This document shows, one piece after another, positions 13,422 to 27,274 of a DNA stretch of 64,000 nucleotides. Location of the stretch: positions 322,028,001-322,092,000 of the forward strand of contig OZ024743.1 in the NCBI GenBank assembly GCA_964016885.1, read 5' to 3'. A model generated the notes under the pieces. That model did not search any database. It had not been told where the DNA came from and saw only the letters and a list, made by a program, of their open reading frames with translations. Source of the DNA: Eledone cirrhosa. Its lineage: Eukaryota. Each line of letters begins with the position of its first letter. Position 1 is the stretch's first letter. Position numbers and translations under genes: made by a program.

Positions 13422-13519
13422 AATAATAGGCTGCCCGTTGCAAATGGTGGGGCATGTGAAAAAGTAGGTCCTTCATCAGTGACCCTCCAACATATATATA
13501 TATTGAGTATATGTTGGTT

Positions 13520-13705
13520 GTATACCAACCCAACCAGGAACTGGGCATATCAGAGTATTGACAAAGTTAAACACCTCAACAACATGTGTACTCGTCTCTA
13601 CCACACTAATCCAGACTGCCTGAAGAGGTCACAGCCAAAGATGGCTGTCACCGAAATATATATAGCAGTAATAAAGGAAGCCAAATTTTAAACATTTGAC
13701 TTATT
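13520..13705 (+). mobile_element. PLE-type 3' remnant; paralog on the minus strand at 43460-43655
   Basis: Shared sequence aaccc..caggaactgg.catatc.gagtattgac...ctgcctgaagaggtcacag...gaagccaaattttaaa, with hammerhead. Confidence 0.75.
13615..13669 (+). ncRNA. Minimal type-I hammerhead ribozyme
   Basis: actgc-CTGAAGA-ggtcacagcca aaga tggctgtcacc-GAAA-TATATA-TA-gcagt. Confidence 0.9.
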
Positions 13706-14039
13706 TATTTTATTTTATTTTATTTTATATATATATATATATGAGAATCGATACTATTTAACTGGTACGTTATTTATCGATCTCGGAAGGATGAAAGGAT
13801 AACGTAATTGCCACAAAGTATTTCTTAAACTTTCTAACGATTCTTAAACTATCGGAGTGATCAATACAATGTTAGAAAATGAATAATCTATTTTAGCATG
13901 AATCAAGAGAACGAGAAAGAGTGAATGTGAGCGTCTGTGTGAGAGATAAAAAGAAAAAGCCGAAGTAAAAATATAAAGAAAGAGAGAAAGATGCGTGGTG
14001 ATATTTATCATGCGACGTGATAAATTGACATTAAAATTA

Positions 14040-14250
14040 ATGGATTGGCAATATCGGTAGAGCGTCAGACACCATGCTTTGCAGCATAGAGTTATGTCCC
14101 TTTACGTTCTGAGTTCAAATCCCGCCGAGGTTAGCTTTGCCTTTCATCCTTACGGAATCGATGAAATAAGGTACCAGTAACGTACTGGGTCGATTTAATC
14201 GACTTCCCCTCCCCCTTTAAATTGCTGGCCATGCGCCTAAAGTAGAAATA
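14040..14250 (+). mobile_element. SINE S1
   Basis: A/B boxes and core. Further copies or fragments lie at 4785-4895(+), 10238-10297(+), 23127-23240(-), 44188-44372(+) and 47900-48010(+). Confidence 0.88.
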
Positions 14251-14429
14251 ATACATCTCTCTCTATCTCCTTCTCTCTCTCGCTCTCTCTCCAACAAAGT
14301 CTCAAAACACCCCTACCATTGTCCCCCCGTAGTAAATGTACTTCTCCATATTTACCAGGATTACTAAATGCCTTTTACAAACAAATACCACCACTAGATT
14401 CTTCATAGTCTTTTTTTTTTTTTTACATA

Positions 14430-14508
14430 TACAGGGTGTCCCAGAAAATGTATACACACTTCAACAACATTCTAATAAATATGTGTATACATTTTTGGGG
14501 GGACATAT
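14430..14508. mobile_element. Tiny Tc1/mariner-type MITE; second copy at 26071-26165
   Basis: tacagggtgtcc terminus and aaaatgtatacaca / tgtgtatacatttt inner inverted repeat. The interior sequence is shared between the copies. Confidence 0.65.
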
Positions 14509-14600
14509 AATAAAATCCGGAATCTGAAGAAAGTGGTTGTAGTCTTTGTCGGCAAAATTTAATCCATTCATTTTCATTGCCATACAGAATAGAAAAAACT

Positions 14601-14788
<188 letters not shown>

Positions 14789-14810
14789 ATTTATATATAT
14801 AGATACATAC

Positions 14811-14886
<76 letters not shown>

Positions 14887-15402
14887 GAGTTAAACAAGAT
14901 TCAATGAGTACATCAAAGAATGAGTTTTACAGTAGATTGGAAGCACTCTACAATAAATAATTTTACAATTTATAAAATTAATAAATATAAATAACCAGCA
15001 GCTTTTAAAAAAAACCTAAAATCTTGATTCTTCACCCTTAAAATAATATAAATTAAATATTTTGAAACTTAACCGTTTAGCTTTTGGGGAAAAAAATCTC
15101 TTTCTGCATACATTACTCCCCTTTATCTTTCCCTCTCTTTAAATCCTCTTTCAGCGGCCCTCATGGACAGTTATAATTCATGAGATGTTTTCCTAGATAA
15201 CCATAACTTGTAGTATCCTACATTTTAAAATCTCTATAGCTGTCACATTAACCAACGTTTTTCTTACTCACACATTCCCTATTGAATTTATTACGTTTTC
15301 GCATTTTCTCATTATTAGGGTATAAATGTTGAGTTTTCTCTTAGATTAATCATTACCTTGATTAAATCTTAACCATTTAACATCTCAGGGTATGTCATGT
15401 AT

Positions 15403-15455
15403 CATTTGTCTGATGAGGACGTACTGTTGTACCTCTGAAATATGTATAATAACAT
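15403..15455 (+). ncRNA. Degenerate hammerhead ribozyme in a PLE 3' remnant (14885-15500)
   Basis: ttgt-CTGATGA-ggacgtac tgtt gtacctct-GAAA-TATGTA-TA-ataa. Confidence 0.6.
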
Positions 15456-15495
15456 TTAATTGATAAAAAGAACATCTGTTTTATTAATATTTGTA

Positions 15496-15526
<31 letters not shown>

Positions 15527-15527
<1 letters not shown>

Positions 15528-15671
15528 AGTGGTTACACAACAGTTAGTTCACCATACCGAGAACAATTGTTCTCGGTATGGTGAACTAACTGTTGTGTAA
15601 CCACTTCTACCTAACTCGTCCCATGGACTGAGTGCTCTACCACTACGGATTACCTTCCGGTGTTCTACCAC

Positions 15672-15675
<4 letters not shown>
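15527..15675 (+). repeat. Perfect 80-bp palindrome (15527-15606) plus ~70-bp tail
   Basis: aagtggttacacaacagttagttcaccataccgagaacaa|ttgttctcgg...ccactt. One arm recurs at 45965-45997. Confidence 0.92.
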
Positions 15676-15747
<72 letters not shown>

Positions 15748-16130
15748 TAATGAAGTTTCCGTTGAAAATTGAAAAAGTCATAGGAGTGAAGAGTGCTCTA
15801 TGTAAGTACCAGAGTACCACGTATCTGGATGCGTGTCAACTATATTATCATTTTCTTTTTCAACTCATATTATATTCGTATTTGTGGTCATATATAGACA
15901 AATATACTTCCCCTCATATATGTACTTACGCACACATTTTCACCATACACATGCATTTGTACATACATACATATGTACATTTGTGAGTGTATATACATAC
16001 ATATACACACACCTAACTATATTTCCTTATATTTTTTATATATTTTATATATCTCTTGCATTACTTTTATTTATATATTTTTTTTGCTTTTCTTGAGGAA
16101 ACTTTCCAAATATTTCACTATGTTTTATAT

Positions 16131-16205
16131 TACCTTGTCCGACGAACGAATGAGGACGGTTTTTTTCGTATTCGTCTTATTCGGGAAACCTCTGGTAATG
16201 AGGTA
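16131..16205 (+). ncRNA. Hammerhead ribozyme with variant core CCGACGA
   Basis: taccttgt-CCGACGA-acgaatgaggacg...cgtcttattcgg-GAAA-cctctgg-TA-atgaggta. All three stems pair. Confidence 0.7.
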
Positions 16206-16229
16206 ATTATATTGTATTGTTTATTATAC

Positions 16230-16290
<61 letters not shown>

Positions 16291-17091
16291 CTTCCTTTTT
16301 CTCTGTGTTTCTCTCTCTGAAAATACGCAACAGCCCAAAACGTCTAGTTTTTCACTACTCGTGACAAATTGAATCGTTTTGTTTGTTTTTTTCTTCTATC
16401 AACTTTTCTGGAAGATTGTTATTCATGCACACAGATGATTATAAAAGGCAAAGCCACACAATTACGTGCCTCATTCACACACTGCTTTATGCAAAGAGAT
16501 CTAACCCCAGTCGTCATAATTACAAGGCAAACTTCTTTGCCCTTAACTACTAAGCCTTGCGCCACCTCAACATCTTCGGCTGTACATATTATAGCACATT
16601 CTGGAAAAGCTAGCGAGGGATATTTTCCCAAGTTGATCGACTTGCGAAAATAGCAGCAAAATCACAATCAAACTCCACTCTAACTTCTCAAAAGAGGAAG
16701 GACACACTTGAAAATGTAGTCCTAGGTGCACCATGTCGTGTGAGACCATGGAACGGACTCAGTAAAGTTCTACTCCAAAATTCAAGCCTGGGAAATTGTC
16801 TATTTTTATTTCGGTAGAAGAGCAGCACCCCCCCCCCCCATGTCTCCTCTCTCCGCACCTCTGATGTTATCTAGAGAAAGGCAATGTCTGATACTGATTG
16901 GGATATGTGTCGTCACAAACGAAAGCAAAATGTAAAATACCGAAAGAGAGACCGCATTCTTTCATATCCGACGCCGCTCAAACAATTTCATTAGTCCACC
17001 TCCCTCCATTAGTTCTTTATTAAAAGGCAAAGTTGACCTCAGTAGAATACAGGAAGAAATATCACGAATCAATTAACACGAAACTCTAACT

Positions 17092-17444
17092 CAGAGATTC
17101 TAAAAGTGGGCGCTACCCCCGGGGGGGAGGGGGGACATTGAAAAAATCCTGGGGGCACTGGGGCCTAAGTGGGCAGTAGAGATCATATAGTAGAATATCA
17201 AATATCAAATGATGCATACTATATATAAATATAGTAAAATAAAAAATAATATTTATTTATACATAGTATATATTATATTATATTATATTATATTATTTAT
17301 TATATATAAATTAATAATTCTATCTATTATATGTTATTTACAATTTGCATATAGGCAGGTCTCTCTGGAAATAGTGGTGGGGACATTGAGGGTATTACGT
17401 GACCGTGAATGGGAGTAGTGACCCAAAAATGTTGAGAACCTCTG
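17092..17444. mobile_element. hAT (Charlie-like) MITE
   Basis: TIR cagagattct / agaacctctg and 8-bp TSD ctctaact / ctctaacc. Confidence 0.75.
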
Positions 17445-17710
17445 CTCTAACCAGTCTACTAATGCAGCTATTTTTTACGGATGAAAGAATTGAAATAGAA
17501 TTATAACTACTGGAACACTATTCATCATAAGCCTGTTTGTACATGGTTGACATGGGACTAAAGGATAAGGATAGTAGCAATATTCCGAATTGCTTCTAAA
17601 AGCAAGATTATTGAAAGATAAGTCATCACACAGCAACTGGCCAACAAGAAAGCCTATGCTTAGTCACTCAATCTGCTATAAATAGTTATAAAATGTCCTT
17701 CAAATCACAC

Positions 17711-17975
17711 GTGGCCTAGTGGTTATGGTGTTGGACTTCGGATCATAATGTTATCGGTTAGATTCCTGGACTTGGTTGTGTTCTTGAGCAAAACATCATT
17801 TCACGTTGCTTCAATATACCTAGCTGAAAATGAGTACCGGCAATAGCTGGGGGTTTTAACCCTGCGATAAACCGGCGTCCTATCCAGATGGAAGCCTTGT
17901 ACTGTCAGTCGTTTCAAGCCACGGGAACCAGGATAAGTGCCGGCCGGGTGAGCCTCCTTGCTCGAGGCACTCTTT
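17711..17975 (+). mobile_element. tRNA-derived CORE-like SINE (family S2)
   Basis: gtggcctagtggtta A box, then gtgttcttgagcaaaaca...gctgaaaatgagtacc. Related copies at 5220-5442(-), 7905-8148(-), 55420-55745(-) and 18942-19080(+). Confidence 0.7.
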
Positions 17976-18141
17976 TAACAACCCAGTTGACGGGGTAGAG
18001 ACACCTTCGTTGATTTACATAGATTAGTGGATTCTGTTGCATTTTTCTGTTTTCACTTGATCCATTCATTAGACGTAGAGATCATATAGTAGAATATCAA
18101 ATATCAAATGATACATACTATATATAAATATAGTAAAATAA

Positions 18142-18224
18142 ACTAGGTACAAAGCCAACAATTTTAGGGAGATGGGAACGTCGATTAAATCTAGTTTCCA
18201 TTGATTAGCCTTCCTCAACAATCA

Positions 18225-18269
<45 letters not shown>

Positions 18270-18363
18270 TGTTGAGGAAGACTAATCAATGGAAGGCTAA
18301 TCAATGGAAACTAGATTTAATCGACGTTCCCATCTCCCTAAAATTGTTGGCTTTGTACCTAGT
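18142..18363. repeat. Inverted duplication centred on (TA)n
   Basis: actaggtacaaagccaac...caacaatcacta (TA)n tagtgattgttg...ggctttgtacctagt. Confidence 0.92.
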
Positions 18364-18378
18364 CAGAAACAATTATTA

Positions 18379-18924
<546 letters not shown>

Positions 18925-19661
18925 ATATATATATATATATTAGTACCAGCAATAGTTGAGGGAGGTTAACCCTGTGATGAACTGGAGTCCTGTCCAGGGG
19001 CGAGTCATGTGCTCTCAGCCGCTTCACGCCACGGACACAGATAAACACCGACATGATGAGTTCCTTGGTTTCAGACTGACTTCCCACTTTTTTTTAGACA
19101 AATCACTCCTTGAAAGACAACTTGTACAATGTAATTCTGGGTCTACTCAAGAAGAAATTATTCACCCGCTGGTCATATGTCTGCTTAACCAAAGCTAACC
19201 AAAGCTAAGCAGTAGCAGCGGCGGCGTCGTGGCTGTGGCGGCAGCGCGATTCTGGCGGTGGTGGAGGCGAAGTTGGCGTAGTTGGTGGAGGTGGCGGCTG
19301 CGACGGGGGCATTATTGGCCACGAATGTATACAACAGGCGGAGGTCCACAATAGCCTATACCATATTGAAATTATCACCCCCATATATCTACCAATCACC
19401 AAGCGGATATCTTTCTCAGCCACAATGGATTCCTAAAGTCTGGGTAGGCTATGAGCAATATCCCGCCTCCTCAATGTAATAAAAGACCAACATATCCAAA
19501 AAAATTCTAGAAACCATTTCTCAGAAGTAGATTGCCATATGGTTATTACTTTCAGTTTAATCAATTAACACGTTAGAAATAAAACATTCGCCTATTTAAG
19601 ATATTATCATCATCATCATCTTTGTTGTTTTTATTGTTGTTATCTATGGTTGTTATTATTA

Positions 19662-20112
19662 AGGGCGGTGGATTGGGAGAATCGGTAAAGCGTCGGACAA
19701 CAGGCTTAGCAGCATAGCATTACGGCCCTTTACGTTCTGAGTTCAAATCCCGCCGAGTTTAGCTTTACCTTTCATCCTTACGAGGTCGATAAAATAAAGC
19801 ACCAGTAATGCATTGGGGTCGATTTAATAGACTTTCCTCTCCCCTTCAAATTGCTGGCCAAAAGAGTAGAAACAGTTATCATTATGGCTGTTGCTGTTGT
19901 TGTTGTTTTTATCGTTATTATTATGGATTGGCAGTATCTGTAGAGGGTCGGACACCATGCTTTGCAGCAAGAGTTACGGCCCTTTATCGTCTGAGTTCAA
20001 ATCCCGCCGGGGTTAACTTTGCCTTTCATCCTTACGGAGTCGATAAAATAAAGTACCAGTAATACACTGGGATATGTGCAGGCCTTGTGCCAAAAGTAGA
20101 AACAATTATTAT
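19662..20112 (+). mobile_element. Two tandem SINE S1 copies
   Basis: Heads at 19662 and 19923, each with B box and core. Confidence 0.88.
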
Positions 20113-21162
20113 TAACCAAGTCCACTTAATGGACTAACCAAACTCCCTAAATTTCTGGCCTTGTGCTTTGTGCCTATATTTCTGGCCTATATTAGAAACA
20201 AAATGCCATAGTCGTCGTCGTTGTTGTTGCTGCTGTTGTTATTGTTGTTGCTGCTACTGTTGTTATTGATGATGATGATGATGTTATTATGATTTCATAG
20301 ATAACCAGATGTTTTCATTTCTACAACCAGTTTCATTTATTTATTACCATAATATTATTTAACACTAAAAACTATTTTCTTTGTTTGTTTGTTTTTTTAG
20401 TCTTGGATAGAATTTATTATAAAATGTATTGCTTATCATTTTTTTTTCTTTTCTTTCTGAAAGTTATTGCGGCAAAATTATTTTACACGGGAACAAATTT
20501 TGAAAAAACTACATCCTGGTTTCTTTCTTATGCGGCGTAGGGAGGTGTGTGTGGAGGGGTTCATTGTCAAGACTGTGTATATATATTGTGGCTGACGAAG
20601 ATGCCCGTGCAAAATTAGTAATAGGCTTAGGCTCGTTGTGGAATATAGCTCTCATAAAGTTTGTGTTAAGCCCAGACAAAATGTGAAATGTGGTCCCTTA
20701 AAGCAGGTATTGGACCAAGCCATACCTGCCAACTTCTAAAAACCCAAACCAGAAGTACCATGAAAAAAGTGCCCCAAAATGGGAAGAAATGAGGAAAAAT
20801 TTTACATAATGAAAGCTATACCCATTTTCACAAGAGAAGACATCTCTCACCAACCCAAAAGTGAGTGGGAGATCTCCCCTTCTGACGGGGAGAGTTGACA
20901 GGCCTGGCAAGCCAATTGTGAAATGTAGGTCGTTTGATAGACCAGGCCGAGTGTGATATACATGCCTCCAAAGCATTAAATGGGTGCATGTAAGACGTGG
21001 AGCGCTAAGCCGGTAAAACACCATGCCGAATCTGAAAGTGTTTCTGTAGTATTTCAATAAACAAGTATTAAATATTTATAATTTATGTATGGGTTACGTG
21101 TAGTATATATGACGTACTTACAGGTAATAGAACAGAACATAAAAATAAATAGAATTGGCATA

Positions 21163-21455
21163 GGTGGCGAATTGGCAGAGTCGTTAGAACGTCGGATAGA
21201 ATTCTTTATGATATTCGTTCCGACTCTCAGCTCTCTGAGTTCAAATCCCGTCGAGGTCAACTTTGCCTTTCATCCTTTCGAGGTTGATAAAAAAAAAGTA
21301 CCAGTCTAGTATTAGGGTCTATTCTTCCTCCCTCTCTGGATGAAATCTGCTGTACTCAGACCTGGAGAGGGATGGGCTCCGCTAGGCTTAAAATGCTCAA
21401 GACACGCCATGTCAATACGACGCCTCTACGACTCTACATACAATACGGGGCCATA
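21163..21455 (+). mobile_element. SINE S1b
   Basis: ggtggcgaattggcagagtcgttaga...gagttcaaatcc...core...S1b tail. Confidence 0.85.
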
Positions 21456-21967
21456 CATACGATACATATATCCACCTCATAAATCCTCAAGTCATGAAAA
21501 CTAACCCACATGCTTCCCTCGCGGTGGGGAGTAACCATATAAAGGGTTAATTTAATCTAAAATAGATAGTTGTAGACGCTAGCCGTCTCTTGTGTCCAGT
21601 AATCAGATTTCCTCCAGTAGACTTATGAATAGTCAAAGTGACTTGAGGAAAATTTAACTGCTATTTCTTCGAGTTTAAGTGACCACGTAGAGGCTTCCAC
21701 GTAGGACATGATGCCATTAATTATTAATGGTGAACTTCTGTGTGTGTGTATATATATATATATACATATATATATATACGTGTGTGTGTGTTGCGGGGGG
21801 TGTAGTTCCCCCCAAAAGTTCACATGACTAAGTCTTTAGAATATAAATTCAAAATAGGGGACACACAGGACAAAGACAATAGGAAAAAAACAACGGAAAG
21901 ACGGACAGTCGCATCTCAGTCAACCTGTGGAAATCACTACGGTTCGGTGTGTGTATATATATACACA

Positions 21968-21998
<31 letters not shown>

Positions 21999-22110
21999 AT
22001 AAACATTGGGAAAATTAATGTAGTCGTTCCAGTGTAAATGACTATAACAATAAACAATCGTTATAATTAATAGCTGTGAAAGACTTCTGAAAGATAGCAA
22101 TTACCTCCAT

Positions 22111-22190
22111 GTCTTCCTTAGTGTAGTGGTTAATAGTTAACATACTCACTCGGCATTCGAGAGGTGCGGGGTTCGATTGCTTGTAGGCAC
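22111..22190 (+). pseudogene. tRNA-like relic / SINE head
   Basis: tagtgtagtggt A box and ggggttcgatt B box. The cloverleaf is not intact. Confidence 0.45.
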
Positions 22191-22823
22191 CTCTGTCCAC
22201 TTTTTACTTCTCCATGTGTACTTTACTCTTCAACTATTATTTATAGTGAATAACTATTGTTGTAGTTATTTGCGTTGGGACGACTACATTTGAAACACCC
22301 ACCCACACACGCACACATGCAATAGAACGTGTTGGATACAAATCCCACAACGTTACTCTTTTACTTATTTCAATCATTACACTATGGCCATGCTGGAGCA
22401 AACACACATAAAAAATATTCATATGCGCGCTAGAGTGTGTGGTTATATGTATTTGTCTATGTGTGTGTGTGTCAGAAACGCATTAAGGTATTCAGTTCCG
22501 CTCAGACTGTTGATAGCGACACAAGATAATAATATTCTAATAGAGAACAAGAATGTGTTTGTTTTTAAAGCAAGATTAATATGTTTATATAGGATGTTGA
22601 AAGAACAATTGAACCACGTAATGTCGGTACAATATTCACTGCATGTAGTAAACATCTGTGCAAAATAACGACAGAAAATGATATTAACAAAATAGAGATA
22701 AATATATAAAACAAGTATGGACTTAACTTGCATTCATATGCAAATTATATTCATATGAACTGGTTAGTGTATGTATATATATATATATAATATCTGCGTA
22801 TATCCATATGTATATATAATATA

Positions 22824-22876
<53 letters not shown>

Positions 22877-23236
22877 GGGAGTGACAGCGAGGAGATAGGG
22901 AAGGAAGGGAGAGAGACAGGAAGTTATCAGTTTAGACTAGTAAGGCCACTGTTCAGTTTAGTACTCAATACTTAAGAAATTGAATGTAGGTATTATAATG
23001 AATTTGTGCCCTACGGTTGAGCTCTTCCCATTTCGATATTGAAACGGCAATATATATGTGTGTGTGTGTGTGGTGGCGGTGCCCCAAAAAGGCCTCAGCC
23101 CCTCGGCTGGAACACAAATAAATAAATAATTGTTTCTACTTTAGGCACAAGGCCAGCAATTATCCAGTGCATTACTGGTACTTTATTTTATCGACCCCGT
23201 AAGGATGAAAGGCAAAGTCAACCTCGGCGGAATTTG

Positions 23237-23304
<68 letters not shown>

Positions 23305-23360
23305 GGTAAAAAGAAATAACAAAGCAAATGACAGTACAAATAAATAAATAATATATATAT

Positions 23361-23393
<33 letters not shown>

Positions 23394-23706
23394 GATATAG
23401 ATATATATAGATATATATATATATGATGATGATGATGATGATGATGATGATTGAACCACGTAATGTCGGTACAATATTAACTGCATGTAGTAAACATCTG
23501 TACAAAATAACGACAGAAAATGATATATATATAAACGCCAAGCACACACACAAGTATGGTACTCTCTTTATATACGTTGGTCTCCGCACAGTCTCTGTCT
23601 GTGAAATTTCATTCACAGAGGATTGGTAAACCCAAAGCACTTGACCAAAATGTCACGAAGTGAGATTAAGCTTAAAATAAATGGATGATTTTCCTACAAA
23701 CTAGGA

Positions 23707-23734
<28 letters not shown>

Positions 23735-23741
<7 letters not shown>

Positions 23742-24479
23742 TACTTTGGGAGGGTCATGTTGCCAATAAGAAACACACGCACCAGTTGCTTTCACTTCAA
23801 TTTATTATATATTTATAAATTTACAAATTTATAAATTTCTGGTTGGTTGGTTGGTTCCACAACCAGATAGTTGCTTATATATAGTCATAGTTCTTTCGTC
23901 ACACACTCTACACACAGAAAAGACGCAATGTTTAGACAAATTACAGAGGCAATAAACATAAAAGAATTGCAACCAAAATTAAATAGAAAGTATGAGTGGA
24001 ACAGCAACATCACAACTTACAATTAAGGACAAAATGAAAACACACACACACACATAGAGCAAACAACCAACCAGTAACATGTAAATAAACAAATAGATAA
24101 ATGAACATAAACACACACAGACATCCGGATGTGGCGCATGCGCAGACTGAGCACACAACACACACACAGAAACAAAATGGCGTAGGACAGAACAAAGGAG
24201 AGGCACAGAAAGAAAAAAAAAGGAATCCCCAGTCACTGAAGAGGTCACAGAGTGTGTGACGAAAGAACTATGACTATATATAAGCAACTATCTGGTTGTG
24301 GAACCAACCAACCAACCAGAAATTTATAAATTTGTAAATTTATAAATATATAATAAATTGAAGTGAAAGCAACTGGTGCGTGTGTTTCTTATTGGCAACA
24401 TGACCCTCCCAAAGTATAACAATATCGGTTTCAACACACGATTTCAGATAAAGAATCTTGCTAAACAAATTCAGAAACG

Positions 24480-24483
<4 letters not shown>
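23735..24483 (+). mobile_element. 5'-truncated Penelope-like element (family P2) with upstream inverted partial pseudo-LTR
   Basis: 23735-23909 is the reverse complement of ~24250-24425. 23910-24027 encodes THRKDAMFRQITEAINIKELQPKLNRKYEWNSNITTYN* (GIY-YIG C-terminus). Hammerhead present and (TA)n flanks. Confidence 0.88.
24231..24275 (+). ncRNA. Minimal type-I hammerhead ribozyme in a PLE 3' UTR
   Basis: agtca-CTGAAGA-g gtcaca gagtg tgtgac-GAAA-gaac-TA-tgact. Confidence 0.9.
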
Positions 24484-24543
<60 letters not shown>

Positions 24544-24551
24544 TGGCTGCC

Positions 24552-24595
<44 letters not shown>

Positions 24596-25149
24596 TGGCT
24601 GCCAACTCGTTTTCGAGTACAGCCACTACTTTATATCCATGCAGGAGAACCCCTACCGATGCCCTGAACGAGTGTGGCTTTTTAGTCCAGCCAGGGACTG
24701 GAAAACTCTGGTACAAACAGGATGACAAGTGCAGAGAGATCTCCAGATATAAAGCAATACCTGTGCCGTGAAGCTTTTATAGTGAACAAAGGCACTGCAC
24801 AAAGCCAGTCCCACTCTCTTAACCAAAATGATAATTACCAAAAAGAAGAACAAGTCAACATCATTGGATACCATCAGAGTTGCAGGTGTTATATCAGAGT
24901 TTTCCTTCTCCTAGAATTCTGCCTTGACAAATGCTAAGGGGTCATCTCTCCCGGTGATTTTGGATGGCCATTGACTCTTAAGAGCTCCTTTGCCCTTTAA
25001 CAGGTATTGTTTTTAGTCCTGCAGGATGTCCAAAGTCACCCTCCTCACCAAGAAACGTTGGTGGGGTTGCCAGTTTAGTCGCCAACGACCCGACCATGTG
25101 ACAGGTTGTACTGGGATACATGTTACCAGTAGCACCAACTGGTGACCTG

Positions 25150-25547
<398 letters not shown>

Positions 25548-25707
25548 ATGTGTGTAAAAAGTAAACAGAAATAACAAAGCAAATGACACAGTACAAGGAA
25601 GAAACGGTTGATATAGTGGGAAAAGAATCTTATATGTGTTTGTGTGGGGGGAGGGTGTCTCTGTGTGTGTATGTATGTGTGTGTGTGTGTCTGTGTGTCT
25701 GTGTTCT

Positions 25708-26052
25708 ACAATGGAAATAAAACAAAAGTCGAAGTTAGGTTGTTAATTAGTTCAATGTTTTACGATCATCAGAGGGTTGATTGATCATAGAAGTTCGATA
25801 AATCGACTAGCAGTTATGACGCTACCTATTACTAGTCTCAAAATCCGTGATCTATCGCACCGTTTCCTTGGGATCATTATTGCTGAGAAGGACAGTGCGA
25901 TAGATCATGGATTTCAGGACTAGAAACAGCTAGTGACATAACTATTATCTGCTGGTCGATATATCGATCTACCGTGATCAATCAACCATCTGAAACGATC
26001 GTAAAACAATGAACTAACAACCTATCTTCGACTTCAGTTTTATTTTCATTGT
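25708..26052. repeat. Diverged inverted repeat with ~160-bp arms
   Basis: gtgatctatcgcac / gtgcgatagatcat and gtcgaag / cttcgac. The right arm holds gaaa-cgatcg-ta. Confidence 0.8.
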
Positions 26053-26542
26053 TCAATACACACCCATATATACAAAAAATGTATACACACTTCAACAACA
26101 TTCTAATAAATATTACTTGTACAGGTAATCAAAGTGTGTATACATTTTGAGGAGGACACCCTGTATATAGATGACTCTAGCTTCAGCAGAATCTTCGCGA
26201 AATCTACCACCAAACATCGCTGAAACCATCTCTTCAAGGCCTCATTGAGTTCTCACAACTTTAACCGTCCCAGTATAAACAGGTGGAATACTATATATAT
26301 ATAGATCAGTCACTGTGTATTTTTGAAAATAGCATATATTTTCACTAACTCTGACAATTTGGCAGGAGAACAGTCAGCTGTAGTGATGAAGGGTGATACA
26401 CAGAAACATTAGTGTCTAAAGTTCTGTTCACATGCCAACACAAGAACAAGAATGAAGGGTTCATTCTACTGACATGGCTATAAAATTGAGGCTTGTTTGC
26501 ATAATTGCAAACGAATCGAATGTTATTATTAATATTCGAAAA

Positions 26543-26727
26543 GGGCGGTGAATTGGCAGTATCGGTAAAGGGTTGGACGACATGCTTTCTAGCATAGTTA
26601 CGTCCCTTTACAGTCTGAGTTCAAATCCCGCCGAGGTTAACTTTGCCTTTCATCCTTACGAGGTCGATAAAATAAAGTACCAGTAATGTACTGGTGAATT
26701 GCTGACCTTGTGTCTAAAGTAGAAACA
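26543..26727 (+). mobile_element. SINE S1 with 18-bp TSD
   Basis: TSD attattaatattcgaaaa at 26525 and 26728. Confidence 0.9.
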
Positions 26728-26759
26728 ATTATTAATATTCGAAAAACTCAGATTACATT

Positions 26760-26857
<98 letters not shown>

Positions 26858-26985
26858 AAGTTATATTTAAAATTGTTGGGTTACAACTAGTAAATATTTA
26901 TAACTGATATAAAAGCACTCGACAAATATTTGGAGTATATTTACAATATTAAATAAATGGAAAACTATATTTATAAAACCATATT

Positions 26986-27051
26986 TATTTCATTATATAT
27001 ATTTCGGGGATATCATATTAACAATATGTTATGCCTTCATCAGACAAAATA
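26986..27051 (-). ncRNA. Hammerhead ribozyme (left arm of inverted repeat)
   Basis: Near-exact reverse-complement copy of the motif at 27209-27274. Confidence 0.8.
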
Positions 27052-27208
27052 CAATATAAACAGTTTTATAGATAAATATATTCGACATACCGTAATAAAC
27101 ATCAACTTCATTTGAAGAGTGCTAGACTGCTAGCGTAAACCTCTTCAAATGAAGTTGATGTTTATTACGGTATGTCGAATATATTTATCTATAAAACTGT
27201 TTATATTG

Positions 27209-27274
27209 TATTTTGTCTGATGAAGGCATAGCATATTGTTAATATGATATCCCCGAAATATATATAATGAAATA
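27209..27274 (+). ncRNA. Hammerhead ribozyme (right arm of inverted repeat)
   Basis: tattttgt-CTGATGA-aggcatagcatattgttaatatgatatcccc-GAAA-TATATA-TA-atgaaata. Confidence 0.8.

Noticed and set aside
14040-14130. SINE heads as functional tRNA genes
   Set aside because: A and B boxes are present, but there is no closed cloverleaf and each continues into a SINE core.
19205-19423. Pro-rich ORF / GC patch
   Set aside because: Low-complexity (GGC/GGT)n sequence with no splice or domain support.
20721-20906. Possible hAT MITE (catacctgccaact / agttgacaggcctg)
   Set aside because: The TIRs are imperfect and there is no clean 8-bp TSD, so it is too weak to call.
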